A DNA stretch of 64,000 nt, from positions 1-64,000 of the forward strand of contig JBOFUV010000036.1 in NCBI GenBank assembly GCA_051652765.1. The letters are read 5' to 3'. Shown one piece after another: positions 29,323-41,204 of this stretch (the stretch's first letter is position 1; each line of letters begins with the position of its first letter). Both the position numbers and the translations under genes were made by a program. The stretch comes from Microcoleaceae cyanobacterium. GTDB taxonomy: Bacteria > Cyanobacteriota > Cyanobacteriia > Cyanobacteriales > Microcoleaceae. A model generated the notes under the pieces. The model made no database searches and was not told the DNA's origin. It was given only the letters and a program-made list of their open reading frames with translations.

Positions 29323-29973
29323 ATGGTGAGGTCAACAATGGTTGTAGCCATTAAGCGGGCAGACCGAGTCGTACTACACAACATTTCTTGGGAGCAGTTC
29401 GAGCAACTTCTCGAAGACTTGGGAGACCATCGTACCGCTCGAATTGCCTACGATCATGGAACCTTAGAAATCATGACTCCTCTCCCTGAACATGAGTATT
29501 TCAAAGAAGTCATTAGTGATGCGGTCAAGGACGCTGCCGATGAACTGGAAATTGACTACGCAAGTTATGGTTCAACCACTTGGCGACGACCGATCAAAAT
29601 GGCAGGCTTGGAGCCAGATAATTGTTTCTACTTCCAAAATGAACCTACTGTACGGGGCAGAATTGACCTTGACCTCAGACGGGGTGATCCACCCCCTGAC
29701 CTAGCTTTGGAAATCGATATCACGAGTAAGTCTCTGGATCGTTTTCCCATTTATGCGTCCCTAGAAGTGCCTGAACTCTGGTGCTACGACAATGGAACCC
29801 TGAAAATTTATCATCTCCAAGACGGTGAATATTGTGAAGCCACAGCCAGTCTGGCATTACCGCTGTTGCCAGTTCAACAACTCCCTCAAGTGATTGAGCA
29901 GTGTCGGATGGATGGACGGCGGGCGGTGCGGCGGGCGGTACGGGCTTGGGTACGAGAGGTTACCCAAGGATAG
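29323..29973 (+). CDS. Uma2 family endonuclease-like protein
   Basis: ISWEQFE, LEIMTP..EHE, EPDNCFY, PPDLALEID, VPELW. Confidence 0.93.
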   Translation: MVRSTMVVAIKRADRVVLHNISWEQFEQLLEDLGDHRTARIAYDHGTLEIMTPLPEHEYFKEVISDAVKDAADELEIDYASYGSTTWRRPIKMAGLEPDNCFYFQNEPTVRGRIDLDLRRGDPPPDLALEIDITSKSLDRFPIYASLEVPELWCYDNGTLKIYHLQDGEYCEATASLALPLLPVQQLPQVIEQCRMDGRRAVRRAVRAWVREVTQG

Positions 29974-30130
29974 AAGTAAGTGTGCTCGTCTCTACCCGAT
30001 CCAAATCCTGGGAGCTATTGTTGTGCCCCTGCAAAATTTGCTGCTTTTGCGCCAATAAGGTATACTATTAGGCTAGGCAAAGCTTAGTGGCTCTGCTGTT
30101 TTTCTTCTTGCTTGTGGAAGGCAGAAATTT

Positions 30131-30155
30131 AAGGTGGGTATAGCCCACCTTTTTT
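30131..30155 (+). promoter_or_regulatory. rimP leader terminator/attenuator hairpin
   Basis: AAGGTGGG-TATAG-CCCACCTT plus T run ~20 nt before rimP ATG. Confidence 0.7.
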
Positions 30156-30175
30156 GCGATAAGGAACAATCAACA

Positions 30176-30640
30176 ATGGCTCACCCTGTAGTTCCCGAAA
30201 TCATTACGCTTGCAACTCCTGTTGCCCAGGCATTGGGATTAGAGGTTGTCGGAGCCATTTTTTATACTAACCAACACCCCCCTGTGCTACGAGTAGATAT
30301 TCGTAACCTGGATCGGGATACGGGTTTGGATGACTGCGAACGGATGAGTCGAGCCTTGGAAGAACAGTTGGATGCAACCGACCTGCTCCCTGATGCCTAT
30401 GTTTTGGAAGTGTCTAGCCCCGGAATTTCTCAACATCTGACGAGCGATCGCGACTTTATTTCCTTTCGGGGATTTCCAGTCATTGTCAGAACTTCAGAAG
30501 ATCATCAGGGACAAAAAGAGCGTTCTGGAAGACTTATTTCACGAGATGAAAAAGCGGTTTACTTGAATCAAAAAGGACGCAAAATTTCTGTCCCTCGTGA
30601 CTTGGTGACTGAAGTGCAACTCTATGAAGGAGAAAACTAG
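30176..30640 (+). CDS. rimP: Ribosome maturation factor RimP
   Basis: MAHP..., [16 protein letters not shown]; upstream of nusA. Confidence 0.95.
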   Translation: MAHPVVPEIITLATPVAQALGLEVVGAIFYTNQHPPVLRVDIRNLDRDTGLDDCERMSRALEEQLDATDLLPDAYVLEVSSPGISQHLTSDRDFISFRGFPVIVRTSEDHQGQKERSGRLISRDEKAVYLNQKGRKISVPRDLVTEVQLYEGEN

Positions 30641-30919
30641 GCAAGAATTGATTAAGATTTTCTTTCTTGACGAAACTTTTCTGGGCAAACTTTCTGGGTG
30701 AGCCTTTGAACGTGTTTTTTCTAAGAGTCCAACGTCTTCTAAATCCAGTTCCAAACTTCGATTTCTAGTCTTTAACTTCTGGTCTTTAATTTCCAGACTT
30801 TGACCTCTAAATTGTCTCGATATAGGCGGTTGTTTGAGAAGTGATGAACAGAAGTTATTAACAGAAACTTTTATCGTTAAATTTCCCCTTAAAGTTCAAC
30901 CCAAAAGGAGGTATTCCCT

Positions 30920-32242
30920 ATGTCAATGGTTAGTTTACCTGGATTAAAAGATCTAATTCAAGGCATTTGTCAAGACCGCAACTTACCGAAGCAAGCGGTT
31001 GAAGAAGCGTTGCGCGAAGCACTGCTGAAAGGCTATGAACGATATCGGCGTACCGTTCAAATGGATACTCAATTTAGTGAGGACTATTTCGACAATTTTG
31101 ATGTTGAGTTGGATGTCGATGACGAAGGCTTTCGGGTACTCGCTAAAAACCTAGCAATTGTTGAAGAAGTGACCAGTCAGGATCACCAGATTTCCTTGGA
31201 AGATGTCCGAGAAGTCGCCCCAGAAGCTCAGCTTGGGGATACAGTTACCCTGGACGTGACCCCAGAAAAGAGCGAGTTTGGTCGCATGGCAGCAATTCAA
31301 GCTAAGCAGGTGCTTGCCCAAAAGCTACGGGACAAGCAACGCAAGATGATCCAGGATGAATTTAGAGAAATCGAAAATACGGTTTTGCAGGCACGGGTGC
31401 TGCGATTTGAACGGCAGTCTGTGATCATGTCAGTCACTAGCGGATTTGGTCAGATCGAAGTTGAAGCAGAACTGCCAAAACGGGAACAGTTGCCCAATGA
31501 TAACTATCGGGCCAACGCCACCTTTAAAGTTTATCTCAAGCGAGTGTCCCAAGGTTCTCATCGAGGGCCTCAACTGGTTGTATCAAGGGCCGATGCGGGA
31601 TTGGTCGTCTATCTGTTTGCCAACGAAGTGCCTGAAATTGAGGACGAAGTGGTACGAATTGTGGCCGTTGCTCGGGAGGCCAATCCTCCCTCTCACCATG
31701 TTGGCCCCCGCACGAAAATTGCCGTTGATACCCTGGATCGCGATGTTGATCCCGTTGGAGCCTGTATCGGGGCTCGGGGCTCTAGAATTCAAGTGGTAGT
31801 CAATGAGCTGCGAGGAGAGAAGATTGATGTGATTCGCTGGTCACCTGATCCAGCAACTTATATCGCCAATGCCTTAAGCCCAGCGCGAGTGGATGAAGTC
31901 CGTTTAGTCAATCCAGAGGAGCGTCGGGCTCACATTTTGGTGGCGGAAGATCAGTTAAGCTTGGCCATTGGCAAAGAGGGACAGAATGTTCGGCTAGCGG
32001 CTCGGCTCACCGGTTGGAAGATTGATATCAAAGATACCGCTAGATATGATTTCACAGCGGAGGATGCCAAGATTGCTGAACAACTGCAACACCAGGCAGA
32101 CTTAGAAGCACAGAAAGAAGTACGAAGAGAAGAAGATGAATTTGAAGAAGCCATTGAGCACAATCAGGAACTTGACATAGAAGTAGAGGAGTCAGATGAA
32201 CTTAAAGCCGAACTTGAGGATGAGCCGGAAGACCTAAACTAG
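30920..32242 (+). CDS. nusA: Transcription termination factor NusA
   Basis: FGRMAAIQAKQ, DPVGACIG, AIGKEGQNVRLA. Confidence 0.98.
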   Translation: MSMVSLPGLKDLIQGICQDRNLPKQAVEEALREALLKGYERYRRTVQMDTQFSEDYFDNFDVELDVDDEGFRVLAKNLAIVEEVTSQDHQISLEDVREVAPEAQLGDTVTLDVTPEKSEFGRMAAIQAKQVLAQKLRDKQRKMIQDEFREIENTVLQARVLRFERQSVIMSVTSGFGQIEVEAELPKREQLPNDNYRANATFKVYLKRVSQGSHRGPQLVVSRADAGLVVYLFANEVPEIEDEVVRIVAVAREANPPSHHVGPRTKIAVDTLDRDVDPVGACIGARGSRIQVVVNELRGEKIDVIRWSPDPATYIANALSPARVDEVRLVNPEERRAHILVAEDQLSLAIGKEGQNVRLAARLTGWKIDIKDTARYDFTAEDAKIAEQLQHQADLEAQKEVRREEDEFEEAIEHNQELDIEVEESDELKAELEDEPEDLN

Positions 32243-32475
32243 AAACCTTTGCTGGAAACCCCAGATGGAGATTCCGCTGAAAAACCTGAACTGAAGATCC
32301 AACCCTACAGATTCAAACCTAAAGATTCAAATCGGAAATGAAATTGGAAATTGAAATTGAGTTAGAATCTTAAACGTGAATTCTTAATGCCTCCCATTTT
32401 TTTGGGAACCCTTCAGAATTCTAGTTCTTCCCTATCTCCTCTTTTTACAGGTACAGCCAGCTTGTTTTTTCTGAA

Positions 32476-32736
32476 ATGCCACCAAACTATCGTCGTTGTG
32501 TCACATGTCGAAAAGTTGCCCAAAAGGAGGCTTTTTGGCGGATTGTGAGGGACTCCTCCTCTCATCAGGTACAATTGGACATAGGAATGGGGCGCTCGGC
32601 TTACCTTTGCCAAAACGCCGACTGCCTCAGGGCAGCTCAGAAGAAAGATCGACTGGGACGCGCCTTAAAAGCTAAGATGCCGGAGACACTATACACAGTT
32701 CTCTGGGAACGCTTAACTCCTCATTTAGCTTCTTAA
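32476..32736 (+). CDS. ylxR: YlxR (DUF448) RNA-binding protein
   Basis: RRCVTCR, GRSAYLC; between nusA and infB. Confidence 0.92.
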   Translation: MPPNYRRCVTCRKVAQKEAFWRIVRDSSSHQVQLDIGMGRSAYLCQNADCLRAAQKKDRLGRALKAKMPETLYTVLWERLTPHLAS

Positions 32737-32905
32737 TCAAGCTCAGAAAACTTCTAGCTAACCTTGTGAAATTGGGGAATGTTTTCCTTAAAGATTTGGG
32801 TTTCTAGAGGCTAAGTGGAGAAAGTAGACAGAATTGTTGATTCCGATCAAACAATGTCAATATAAGAAGAAGAGTTAAGGGCTGGTACGAAGAGGGTAAA
32901 AGTGG

Positions 32906-35900
32906 ATGAACAATGTCAAGGTTAGGATTTATGAACTTTCAAGGGAATTGAATTTGGACAACAAAGATATCTTAGCAGTGTGTGAACGGCTCAACATCGC
33001 AGTGAAAAGCCACAGTAGCACCATCACAGAATCTGATGCAGAGCGAATCGAAAAATACGTTGTAAGTCATCCTATGCCTGGGAATCAGGAATCTAAACCG
33101 GAGCGTCCAAACTTCCCAACTAAAGGGTCAAGTTCGCAACCCATTGAGAAGAAGAAGCAGCAGATTCTTGAAGTTCGTAAGCCCAGAGGAGAGGCTGCAT
33201 CTGCCAGGGAGTATCAGAGTTCAGAGGCTCCTCTGGGTTTAGCTGCTGCAAATTCGTCAAATTCATCGTCTGCTCCTCCCAAGCCCCCAGCTCGTCCAGT
33301 TCTGAATCGCCCTGTTGTTCAGCCAAATTCGCTAACCCCCCCTGACTCGTTCAATCCTCTTGATTCATCCGATTCCGCTAATTCCTTCATCGCTCCTGAG
33401 CTACCTTCCCTTGACAGTTCAGACCCCGGTGAGCATTCTTCCGATACCCTAGAAGAAGTTCATGCTGTTGAGCAAGAGGTCACTGTTGCTCACGCCAAAG
33501 CTGTATCTGTTCAGCCTTCAAGACCAGAACCTCAGGCCAAATTGTTCTCTCCTCCGGCAAGACCACTCGCGGAAGCCCCACCGCCTGCTGAAACTGCAAC
33601 ACCACGACCTAGTGCGAATATTGCGAAGATTAAGCCGATTCTAAAAGTCGATAAATCTACGCCTAAGCCTGTTGAGACTGGAGAGCCGCAAGTTACCAGA
33701 ACTTCAGAAAAGCCCAGTATCAAGTCCAGCAAGCCCAAACCCTCAACGGGATTGGAGCCCAGAGTTGCTAGGGACTCTGATTCTAAGGATGTGGCGGGAT
33801 TCAAGAAACCTCGTCGGGAAATCACAGCTCTGCAGCCGAAATCTTCGATTCCAGAGCTACATCGTCCCCCAGATCGAACGTCAACCACTCCAGCATCCCT
33901 TGAAGATGACCCGGAATCAGCTACATCTGAGCCTGACTTGGCATTGACGGATGACTTGAGTGAGGAAGGTATTCGCTTGCGTCGAGAGGCTCTTCAGCCC
34001 AAGCAGCGCTTGCAGCTACCTCAAGGGCCGAAGAAACCGGGCTGGGAAGAGGAAGAGGAAGATACAACAGATGCTGCGGCTAAAGTTGCTAAAACTGCAA
34101 AGACTAAGGTGAAGCGATCACGCAAGCCCCTTGTCGATGAGGATGAAGATGATGACGATGATGACGGAACGGCAAACGGTGAACAGGAAACAGTGTTAAG
34201 TCTGTCTCTAGCCCGCCCGCCCAAGCCCAAGAATATGCAAGCACCAACCAGCAAGCCTACTGCAACTCCTACCCGGTCGAAGAAACCTGGCCCCTCTCGC
34301 GGTAATGCCAACAGTAACAACAACAATGGTGCTGCCGCAGCTTCTACCTCCTCTCGCAATAAGGCGGCTAGCCCAGCAGCTCCTCAACGACCAGAAAAGC
34401 TAATTTTAGAAGAGGCATTAACAGTTCAGGAACTGGCAAATTCTCTGGCAGTGTCGGAGACAGAAATTATTAAGTTGTTATTCTCCCGAGGGATCGCTGT
34501 CAACATTACAGAAACCCTTGATTTCAACAGCATTGACCTGATCTGTCAGACCCTAGAGGTCAAATTAGAAACAGCCGAGAAGAAATCTGGGGCTCAAAAA
34601 ACAGATGTTATTTCAGAGGAAGATCTTGACCACCTCCAGCGCCGTCCACCTGTTGTGACCATTATGGGTCACGTTGACCACGGAAAAACAACCCTATTGG
34701 ATGCAATCCGAGCAACGAAAGTTGCTCAGGGAGAGGCCGGAGGGATTACCCAGCACATTGGGGCTTACCATGTTGATGTTGAACATGAGGGGGCAATGCA
34801 ACAGGTTGTCTTCCTAGATACCCCAGGTCACGAAGCCTTTACCGCTATGCGGGCTAGGGGTGCGAAAGTTACAGATATTGCTGTGCTAGTCGTGGCGGCG
34901 GATGATGGGGTTCGACCCCAAACCATTGAAGCGATTAGCCATGCTAAAGCGGCTGGGGTTCCGATTGTAGTTGCGATCAACAAGATTGACAAGGAAACCG
35001 CCAACCCTGAGAGAGTGAAACAGGAACTCACAGAGTATGGTCTTGTTTCAGAAGAATGGGGCGGCGAAACCATCATGGTTCCAGTGAGCGCCATTCGAAA
35101 AGAAAACCTTGATCAACTGCTCGAAATGTTGCTACTCGTCTCTGAGGTTGCTGATTTAGAGGCGAATCCAGACCGACTTGCGAGAGGAACGGTCATTGAA
35201 GCCAATCTTGATAAAGCCCGAGGCCCAGTTGCAACCCTGTTAGTTCAGAATGGAACCCTGCGAGTTGGAGATGTGATTGTTGCAGGCCCAGTCTATGGGA
35301 AAGTTCGAGCCATGGTAGACGATCGTGGGGCTCATGTAGAAGCAGCAACTCCCTCCTTTGCCGTTGAGATTCTAGGACTGAGAGAAGTTCCAGCAGCGGG
35401 AGATGAGTTTGAAGTCTACGACAGTGAGAAAGAAGCCTCTGCAATTGCGGCTCAGCGGGCTGAAGTGAAGCGTCAGTCTCGGATCACCCAAGGTCGAATT
35501 AGCCTGAGTGCCCTATCAGCTCGTGTTCAAGAAGGGGAGTTGAAGGAACTCAATTTGATCCTCAAGTCTGATGTTCAAGGCTCCTTGGAAGCGATTGTTA
35601 CGGCCCTGAAGAAACTGCCTCAGAAGGAAGTCCAACTCAAGCTCTTGATGGCTGCTCCTGGAGAAGTCACTGAGACAGACGTAGACTTGGCTGCAGCCAG
35701 TGATGCTGTTTTGATTGGATTCAATACAACTCTGGCAAATGGCGCTCGTCAGGCTGCTGATCAGGCCGGGGTCGATATTCGAGAATACAACATTATCTAT
35801 AACCTCTTGGACGATGTCCAGGCTGCTATGGAAGGTCTCCTAGAACCTGAACTGGTCGAAGAACCCTTGGGCGAGGTTGAGGTTCGGGCTGTGTTCCCGG

Positions 35901-36157
35901 TGGGACGCAATAAGGTTGCTGGATGTTATGTCCTGTCTGGCAAGATTATTCGGAACTGCAAAGTTCGAGTCCATCGGAAGACTGAGCTAGTCCATGAAGG
36001 AGCACTGGACTCCTTGAAACGGATGAAGGAGGATGCGAAGGAGGTCAATGCCGGGTACGAATGTGGAATTGGTATCGATCGCTTCAACGATTGGATTGAA
36101 GGTGATATTATCGAAGCCTACCGCATGGTAACCAAGCGACGGACTCTGTCTACTTAA
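32906..36157 (+). CDS. infB: Translation initiation factor IF-2
   Basis: [17 protein letters not shown]; long low-complexity N-terminal region. Confidence 0.98.
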   Translation: MNNVKVRIYELSRELNLDNKDILAVCERLNIAVKSHSSTITESDAERIEKYVVSHPMPGNQESKPERPNFPTKGSSSQPIEKKKQQILEVRKPRGEAASAREYQSSEAPLGLAAANSSNSSSAPPKPPARPVLNRPVVQPNSLTPPDSFNPLDSSDSANSFIAPELPSLDSSDPGEHSSDTLEEVHAVEQEVTVAHAKAVSVQPSRPEPQAKLFSPPARPLAEAPPPAETATPRPSANIAKIKPILKVDKSTPKPVETGEPQVTRTSEKPSIKSSKPKPSTGLEPRVARDSDSKDVAGFKKPRREITALQPKSSIPELHRPPDRTSTTPASLEDDPESATSEPDLALTDDLSEEGIRLRREALQPKQRLQLPQGPKKPGWEEEEEDTTDAAAKVAKTAKTKVKRSRKPLVDEDEDDDDDDGTANGEQETVLSLSLARPPKPKNMQAPTSKPTATPTRSKKPGPSRGNANSNNNNGAAAASTSSRNKAASPAAPQRPEKLILEEALTVQELANSLAVSETEIIKLLFSRGIAVNITETLDFNSIDLICQTLEVKLETAEKKSGAQKTDVISEEDLDHLQRRPPVVTIMGHVDHGKTTLLDAIRATKVAQGEAGGITQHIGAYHVDVEHEGAMQQVVFLDTPGHEAFTAMRARGAKVTDIAVLVVAADDGVRPQTIEAISHAKAAGVPIVVAINKIDKETANPERVKQELTEYGLVSEEWGGETIMVPVSAIRKENLDQLLEMLLLVSEVADLEANPDRLARGTVIEANLDKARGPVATLLVQNGTLRVGDVIVAGPVYGKVRAMVDDRGAHVEAATPSFAVEILGLREVPAAGDEFEVYDSEKEASAIAAQRAEVKRQSRITQGRISLSALSARVQEGELKELNLILKSDVQGSLEAIVTALKKLPQKEVQLKLLMAAPGEVTETDVDLAAASDAVLIGFNTTLANGARQAADQAGVDIREYNIIYNLLDDVQAAMEGLLEPELVEEPLGEVEVRAVFPVGRNKVAGCYVLSGKIIRNCKVRVHRKTELVHEGALDSLKRMKEDAKEVNAGYECGIGIDRFNDWIEGDIIEAYRMVTKRRTLST

Positions 36158-36210
36158 GTTTTCTACTTAAGCCTTTTGCTTGAACGATCAAAGAATTTAG
36201 GAGATCGGCC

Positions 36211-36804
36211 CTGGTTTATACCCGTCCTTTAGCGCGTCTGATTGAGCAACTGCAACGATTGCCGGGGGTTGGCCCCAAGTCGGCACAGCGGATTGCGTTG
36301 CATATGATTAAGCGTTCAGATGAGGAAGTGGAAGCCTTGGCTCAAGCTTTGATTGATGCAAAGAAGCAAGTGGGGACTTGCCGAATTTGTTATCACCTCT
36401 CCGCTGAATCCACCTGTGAAATTTGTCGTAATCCTCAACGGGAGGACGAAACCCTGTGTGTTGTTTCTGAATCACGGGATCTAATTGCGATTGAAAAAAC
36501 CAGGGAATACCGAGGTAAGTATCATGTTCTGGGCGGTGTAATTTCTCCAATGGATGGCATTGGCCCAGAACAACTCACGATTCATCAATTGATCCAACGG
36601 GTCAGTCAGCAGGAAATTCAGGAAGTGATTATCGCGATTAGTCCCAGCGTAGAAGGGGAAACCACGACCCTTTATCTGGGACAGTTGCTCAAGCCCTTTA
36701 CTCGCGTGACTCGGATTGCCTTTGGCTTGCCGATGGGGGGCGATTTGGAATACGCCGATGAAGTGACTTTGGCAAGAGCTTTAGAAGGACGGCAGGAACT
36801 ATAG
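36211..36804 (+). CDS. recR: Recombination mediator RecR (probable non-canonical CTG start)
   Basis: In-frame [27 protein letters not shown]4 zinc finger, [14 protein letters not shown]. Confidence 0.93.
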   Translation: MVYTRPLARLIEQLQRLPGVGPKSAQRIALHMIKRSDEEVEALAQALIDAKKQVGTCRICYHLSAESTCEICRNPQREDETLCVVSESRDLIAIEKTREYRGKYHVLGGVISPMDGIGPEQLTIHQLIQRVSQQEIQEVIIAISPSVEGETTTLYLGQLLKPFTRVTRIAFGLPMGGDLEYADEVTLARALEGRQEL

Positions 36805-36810
36805 ATCCCG

Positions 36811-37448
36811 TTACATAACCCGGCTCCAGATGGCCAGTCCTCCTTCCCGTCCCCGTGCGGCAGCAACCCGTTCGGTAATCCAGAAGTAGGCAAAAAATGC
36901 TTGTTTGCTAACCGGGTCTGAGTCGAATCCTGCTTCACGGGCAGCACCACTTCGAACATAGCCCTGATAAAGGTCTTGACTCAAAGCTTGAACCCTGAGT
37001 CGGGTAAAGTCAAAGGCCAGAATATTTTTGGGGGCCAGAAACTTAATGGGGCCAGCGACTGCAAGTTGGAGCAAACCAAGTTCTACAGAATTGTTGACTT
37101 GACCCTGTTCCGGTCGAAGATTTAACGGCTTTGACTCAGCCTGATCAGACTTGGAACTAAAGTCGTAGGCAATTTGAATTTTGACCCAGCGGGGAACATA
37201 CCATCCCGCGCCTAAAAAGCACCGAAGCGGCTATTCACTTTCTGTGTTCCCGTGATGAAACACAAGCGCCACATGCCTTGCAACTGTTCAAAAGGGTAAT
37301 GATGATTGTGTTGTCTCGTTGCTTTTTCGCGCTGGAGGAGTGCCTTTACAACGGTCTCGGCTGAGGGTCTAGCTGAATTCTGGGTGACTGCTGTAGCAGC
37401 TTGGTACAGCACGAGTTCACTCTGAGTTAATTCGGTCAAGGGGGACAA
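36811..37448 (-). pseudogene. Frameshifted conserved protein (PAP/fibrillin-like, tentative)
   Basis: Frames 37448-37212 and 37200-36811 join into ...FGAFLGAGWYVPRWVKIQ... if one base is added to the A5 run at 37214-37218. Confidence 0.75.
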
Positions 37449-37566
37449 CTCCTAATGCTTTCTGTTAGTTAATTTTAATGGGTCAGGACGGGGCTTGCTT
37501 CGGCGGGGATTGGGCAATCTCTAAACGGTGACCTCCAAAACTACGATGAGAATTGAGATTAAAACT

Positions 37567-37626
37567 GGAATTAAAATTGGGATAAGAATTGGAATTAAAA
37601 TTGGGATGAGAATTGGGATGAGAATT
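37567..37626. repeat. 12-bp tandem repeat x5
   Basis: GGAATTAAAATT / GGGATGAGAATT units. Confidence 0.85.
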
Positions 37627-37847
37627 ATTAATATTTAAAGGTTGAACACTAGGTCTAGGGGTATTGCCTGAAACAGCAACACTACATTTAGGGTTTTTTC
37701 TATTTATTTAAACATCAAAAGATGGACTGAATTTGACTAGACTGATCCGATTAATCTCTAGATTTGCTATTCTAGACTAGAACATCAAGAACTACAAATT
37801 AGAGTAACGATGTCTTAGCTTAAGCAGATTACTCCTCGGATTTCGAT

Positions 37848-40800
37848 ATGATTCCCAGACATCTTAGCCTGAAAAATTTTCTGAGTTACCGGGAGGCTAG
37901 CCTTAATTTTTCTGGTCTTCATACTGCTTGTATTTGCGGCCCTAACGGTTCAGGAAAATCTTCTTTATTAGAAGCGATCGCCTGGGCAGTTTGGGGAAAT
38001 AGTCGAGCGGCTACGGAAGATGATTTGATTCATATGGGGGAAATAGAAATGCAAGTTGACTTCATTTTTGTTAGTCATTGCATTCTCTATCGAATCATTC
38101 GCAACCGACGGCGGAATCAGGTGGGCACATTAGAATTTCAAGTCGCAACGAATTCAATCCAGGTGATTGAGCAGAATCAAGTTGCCCAATTTCGCGCCCT
38201 GACTGAACGGGGAATGCGAGCCACCCAACAAAAAATTCAGGATGCTCTCAAGCTAGACTACGACACGTTTATCAACTCCGCTTACCTGCGGCAGGGGCGG
38301 GCTGATGAGTTCATGTTGAAACGACCCACCGACCGCAAAGAAATTCTGGCAAGTCTGCTGAAACTCGATGAATACGAAGTGTTAGCAGAACGGGCGAAGG
38401 ATCTATCCAAGCACTACAAAGGGCAACTGGAATCACTGCAACAGACTTTGACCTCAATCCAAGCGCAGTTGCAACGCCGAGACAGTATTGACCTAGAGAT
38501 TGCCCAACTAGAGGCCAATTTTCACGACTTGCAAACCCTGCAAGCCTCAGATCAGACTCAGCTCCAAGGGCTACAAACCCAACACCATGACCGTCAAACC
38601 TGGGTGCAGTTTCGGGAGCAAGACCAACACCAACACCAAGCAATTGTCCAGGAACAACAACGGTGGCAACAAGAACTCAACATCACTCAGCAACATCTGA
38701 TCGAACTTCAGGGGATTTTGCAGCAGGAAACCCAAATTCGAGCCGGGTTTAGCCAGTTGCAACGATTACAAACCGCAGAAGAAACCCTGGCAAAAAAGCT
38801 AAAAATCCATCAAGACACCACCACCCAACACCAACACCTGCAAAACCAGCAGCAACAGCAAGCTTACGCCTTGCAACAGCAGATTCAGACCATAACTGCT
38901 CGGCTTGAGGCATTGCGACAGCAGGAAACCGAATATGCCGAAGTATTGCAACACCAGTCAGAGATTAGTAAGGGCTTAGCCCAACTCCAGATTGCCCGCG
39001 ATCGCCTGAATCACCTGGATCAACTACACCTGCAAGTGACCCCCTTACTCCAACACCGCCAACAGCTTCAAACTCAACTCGATCGGCTCCAAGCCCGACA
39101 AAGTGCTCGATTGGAAGAAGTATCTGCGTTGATCAAACAACTGCACCAAAACTTGCAGGGAAAGTCCAAGCTGCATCATCAGTTTAAGGAAGTGGGAGAA
39201 CGCATTGCTGAACTCGAGAAAAAACAAACCTATCAACAACAAGTTCTTGAAAAAGGTCAGGAACGCCGCAGTTTCATTGATAGCCTCAACCATCGCCAAC
39301 AGGATCACGAAGGGCTGCTAGCAGAACTGAACCAAAAGGTGGCCTTGCTCGAAGCCCCCACCCGCACTAACACCGAGGGGGAAGTCACCCTGGCGATTCC
39401 CCAATGTCCTCTGTGCGATCGCCCCTTGGACGATCACCATCTGCGTTTGGTGATTCGCAAGCATCGTCACCAGCAAAAAACGATTCGAGATCAAATTTGG
39501 GTCATTAATGAACAATTGGCTGCTTCGGAACAGGAAATTCAAGTTTTGCGGGAGGAGTATCGCCACCTGGATCGAGAACTCAGTCACTACGACACCTGGC
39601 GAGAACGGCGAGGAGAAGTGCAGGCTCAACTAGCAGCCCTAGATCAACAAAGCATCCAGTTGAATCAACTCAAATCTGAAGCGGCAACCTTGGCCCGATC
39701 CCTGCAAACCGGAGATTATGCCCCCGAACTCCACACTGACCTCAAGTCCCTGGATCAACAAATCCAAGCCCTCGATTACCATGACCAAACCCATGCCCTG
39801 GCCCGCAATGAGGAAAAACGATGGCGCTGGGCAGAAATCAAGCAGAGTCACCTGCGAGAAGCCAAAACAAAACTGACCCGGATTCAAGCTCAGAAACCAG
39901 AACTCGAAGCCCAACTCACCACCCTGAACAACCAACTCACCCAGTTGCAAACTGATTCTGACCTGCAATGTCAAATTGTGGCGTTGCAGCACCGATTAGA
40001 TCAAATTAACTATTCCTTCGATGAACACACCCGGATTCGGTCGGCTCTGCGACAGGCTCAACAATTTTTAGCCCAGGTAGACAAACTCAATACAGCCCAG
40101 GAACAGCTTCCCAAACTACAACAGCGATTCACAGAAATTCAACAGGGGATGCAACAGCGATCGCAAGATCTGCAAACGGTTCAGACTCAAATCAATCAGT
40201 GGGATCAAAAGCTACAACAGACTTCAGATCCAGCCGCTCACCTTCAAACCCTGGAAGATCAAATTCAACAACGGCGACGGCAGATGGATGCAGTCCTCAG
40301 TCAGTTAGGCAGCTTGAAACAGCAAAAAGCCAATTTAGAGACCTTGAACACTGAATCTCAAGACAAGCTCGAGCACCTGACAACCCTTCGCCGTCAATTG
40401 CGAATTCATCAAGAATTAGCCCAAGCCTTTGGCAAAAATGGGATTCAAGCCTTGATGATTGAAAATGTTCTACCCCAGCTTGAGGTTGAAAGTAATCACA
40501 TTCTAGCCCGTCTCTCCGCTAGCCAGTTGCATGTTCAGTTCGTGACCCAGCGCACAGGTCGCAGTAGCCGTTCTGCCAAAAAAACAGCCAAGTTGATCGA
40601 TACCCTGGAAATTCTGATTGCCGATATTCAGGGCACTCGACCCTACGAAACCTATTCCGGAGGAGAGGCATTTCGAATTAACTTTGCGATTCGGTTGGCT
40701 CTAGCTAAGCTCCTAGCCCAACGAGCTGGAGCTGCGTTGCAACTGCTGATTATTGATGAAGGATTTGGAACTCAGGATGCGGAAGGGTGCGATCGCCTGA

Positions 40801-40940
40801 TTGCGGCAATTAACGCGATTGCCCATGAGTTTGCCTGTATTCTGACTGTGACTCACATTCCCTATCTCAAGGAAGCGTTTCAGGCTCGAATTGAAGTTAG
40901 AAAAACTGACCAAGGCTCTCAATTGAGATTATCCGTTTGA
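37848..40940 (+). CDS. sbcC: SbcC exonuclease SMC-like ATPase subunit
   Basis: GPNGSGKS, coiled coil with CPLC hook, YSGGE, IIDEGFG. Confidence 0.95.
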   Translation: MIPRHLSLKNFLSYREASLNFSGLHTACICGPNGSGKSSLLEAIAWAVWGNSRAATEDDLIHMGEIEMQVDFIFVSHCILYRIIRNRRRNQVGTLEFQVATNSIQVIEQNQVAQFRALTERGMRATQQKIQDALKLDYDTFINSAYLRQGRADEFMLKRPTDRKEILASLLKLDEYEVLAERAKDLSKHYKGQLESLQQTLTSIQAQLQRRDSIDLEIAQLEANFHDLQTLQASDQTQLQGLQTQHHDRQTWVQFREQDQHQHQAIVQEQQRWQQELNITQQHLIELQGILQQETQIRAGFSQLQRLQTAEETLAKKLKIHQDTTTQHQHLQNQQQQQAYALQQQIQTITARLEALRQQETEYAEVLQHQSEISKGLAQLQIARDRLNHLDQLHLQVTPLLQHRQQLQTQLDRLQARQSARLEEVSALIKQLHQNLQGKSKLHHQFKEVGERIAELEKKQTYQQQVLEKGQERRSFIDSLNHRQQDHEGLLAELNQKVALLEAPTRTNTEGEVTLAIPQCPLCDRPLDDHHLRLVIRKHRHQQKTIRDQIWVINEQLAASEQEIQVLREEYRHLDRELSHYDTWRERRGEVQAQLAALDQQSIQLNQLKSEAATLARSLQTGDYAPELHTDLKSLDQQIQALDYHDQTHALARNEEKRWRWAEIKQSHLREAKTKLTRIQAQKPELEAQLTTLNNQLTQLQTDSDLQCQIVALQHRLDQINYSFDEHTRIRSALRQAQQFLAQVDKLNTAQEQLPKLQQRFTEIQQGMQQRSQDLQTVQTQINQWDQKLQQTSDPAAHLQTLEDQIQQRRRQMDAVLSQLGSLKQQKANLETLNTESQDKLEHLTTLRRQLRIHQELAQAFGKNGIQALMIENVLPQLEVESNHILARLSASQLHVQFVTQRTGRSSRSAKKTAKLIDTLEILIADIQGTRPYETYSGGEAFRINFAIRLALAKLLAQRAGAALQLLIIDEGFGTQDAEGCDRLIAAINAIAHEFACILTVTHIPYLKEAFQARIEVRKTDQGSQLRLSV

Positions 40941-41204
40941 GGATCATAATTAATTCACCGCTAATTCATGATTAGTTCGTAGTTAAGATACCTCACCCAC
41001 AACCCGAGAAAAAACTGAAAGTGATTGAAGTTAACAGTAGAGAGGTTAACTCACAAAGATTGCAGAGACAAACTGTAGAGCAGAGCTTTCAAAACGATGC
41101 AACAAATCAACTCGTAAACCCTATAAACAAACATCTTCAACAGAGTCAGGGAACTGGTTTTGAAATCCTATGCACCCTGGTCGGTAGCAAAGAACAGCCA
41201 GAAT

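Noticed and set aside
29323..29973. Uma2 as a defence nuclease
   Set aside because: Highly expanded, scattered family in cyanobacteria; no partner genes
30134..30175. ORF-track N-terminal extension of RimP
   Set aside because: GTG lies inside the leader hairpin; ATG 30176 has an RBS and the expected N-terminus
33060..34390. Long low-complexity insert in IF-2
   Set aside because: Normal for cyanobacterial IF-2; no intein motifs
37848..40940. sbcC lacking adjacent sbcD, or Wadjet/Lamassu-type SMC
   Set aside because: Canonical SbcC motifs, no defence partners; unlinked sbcD is not unusual
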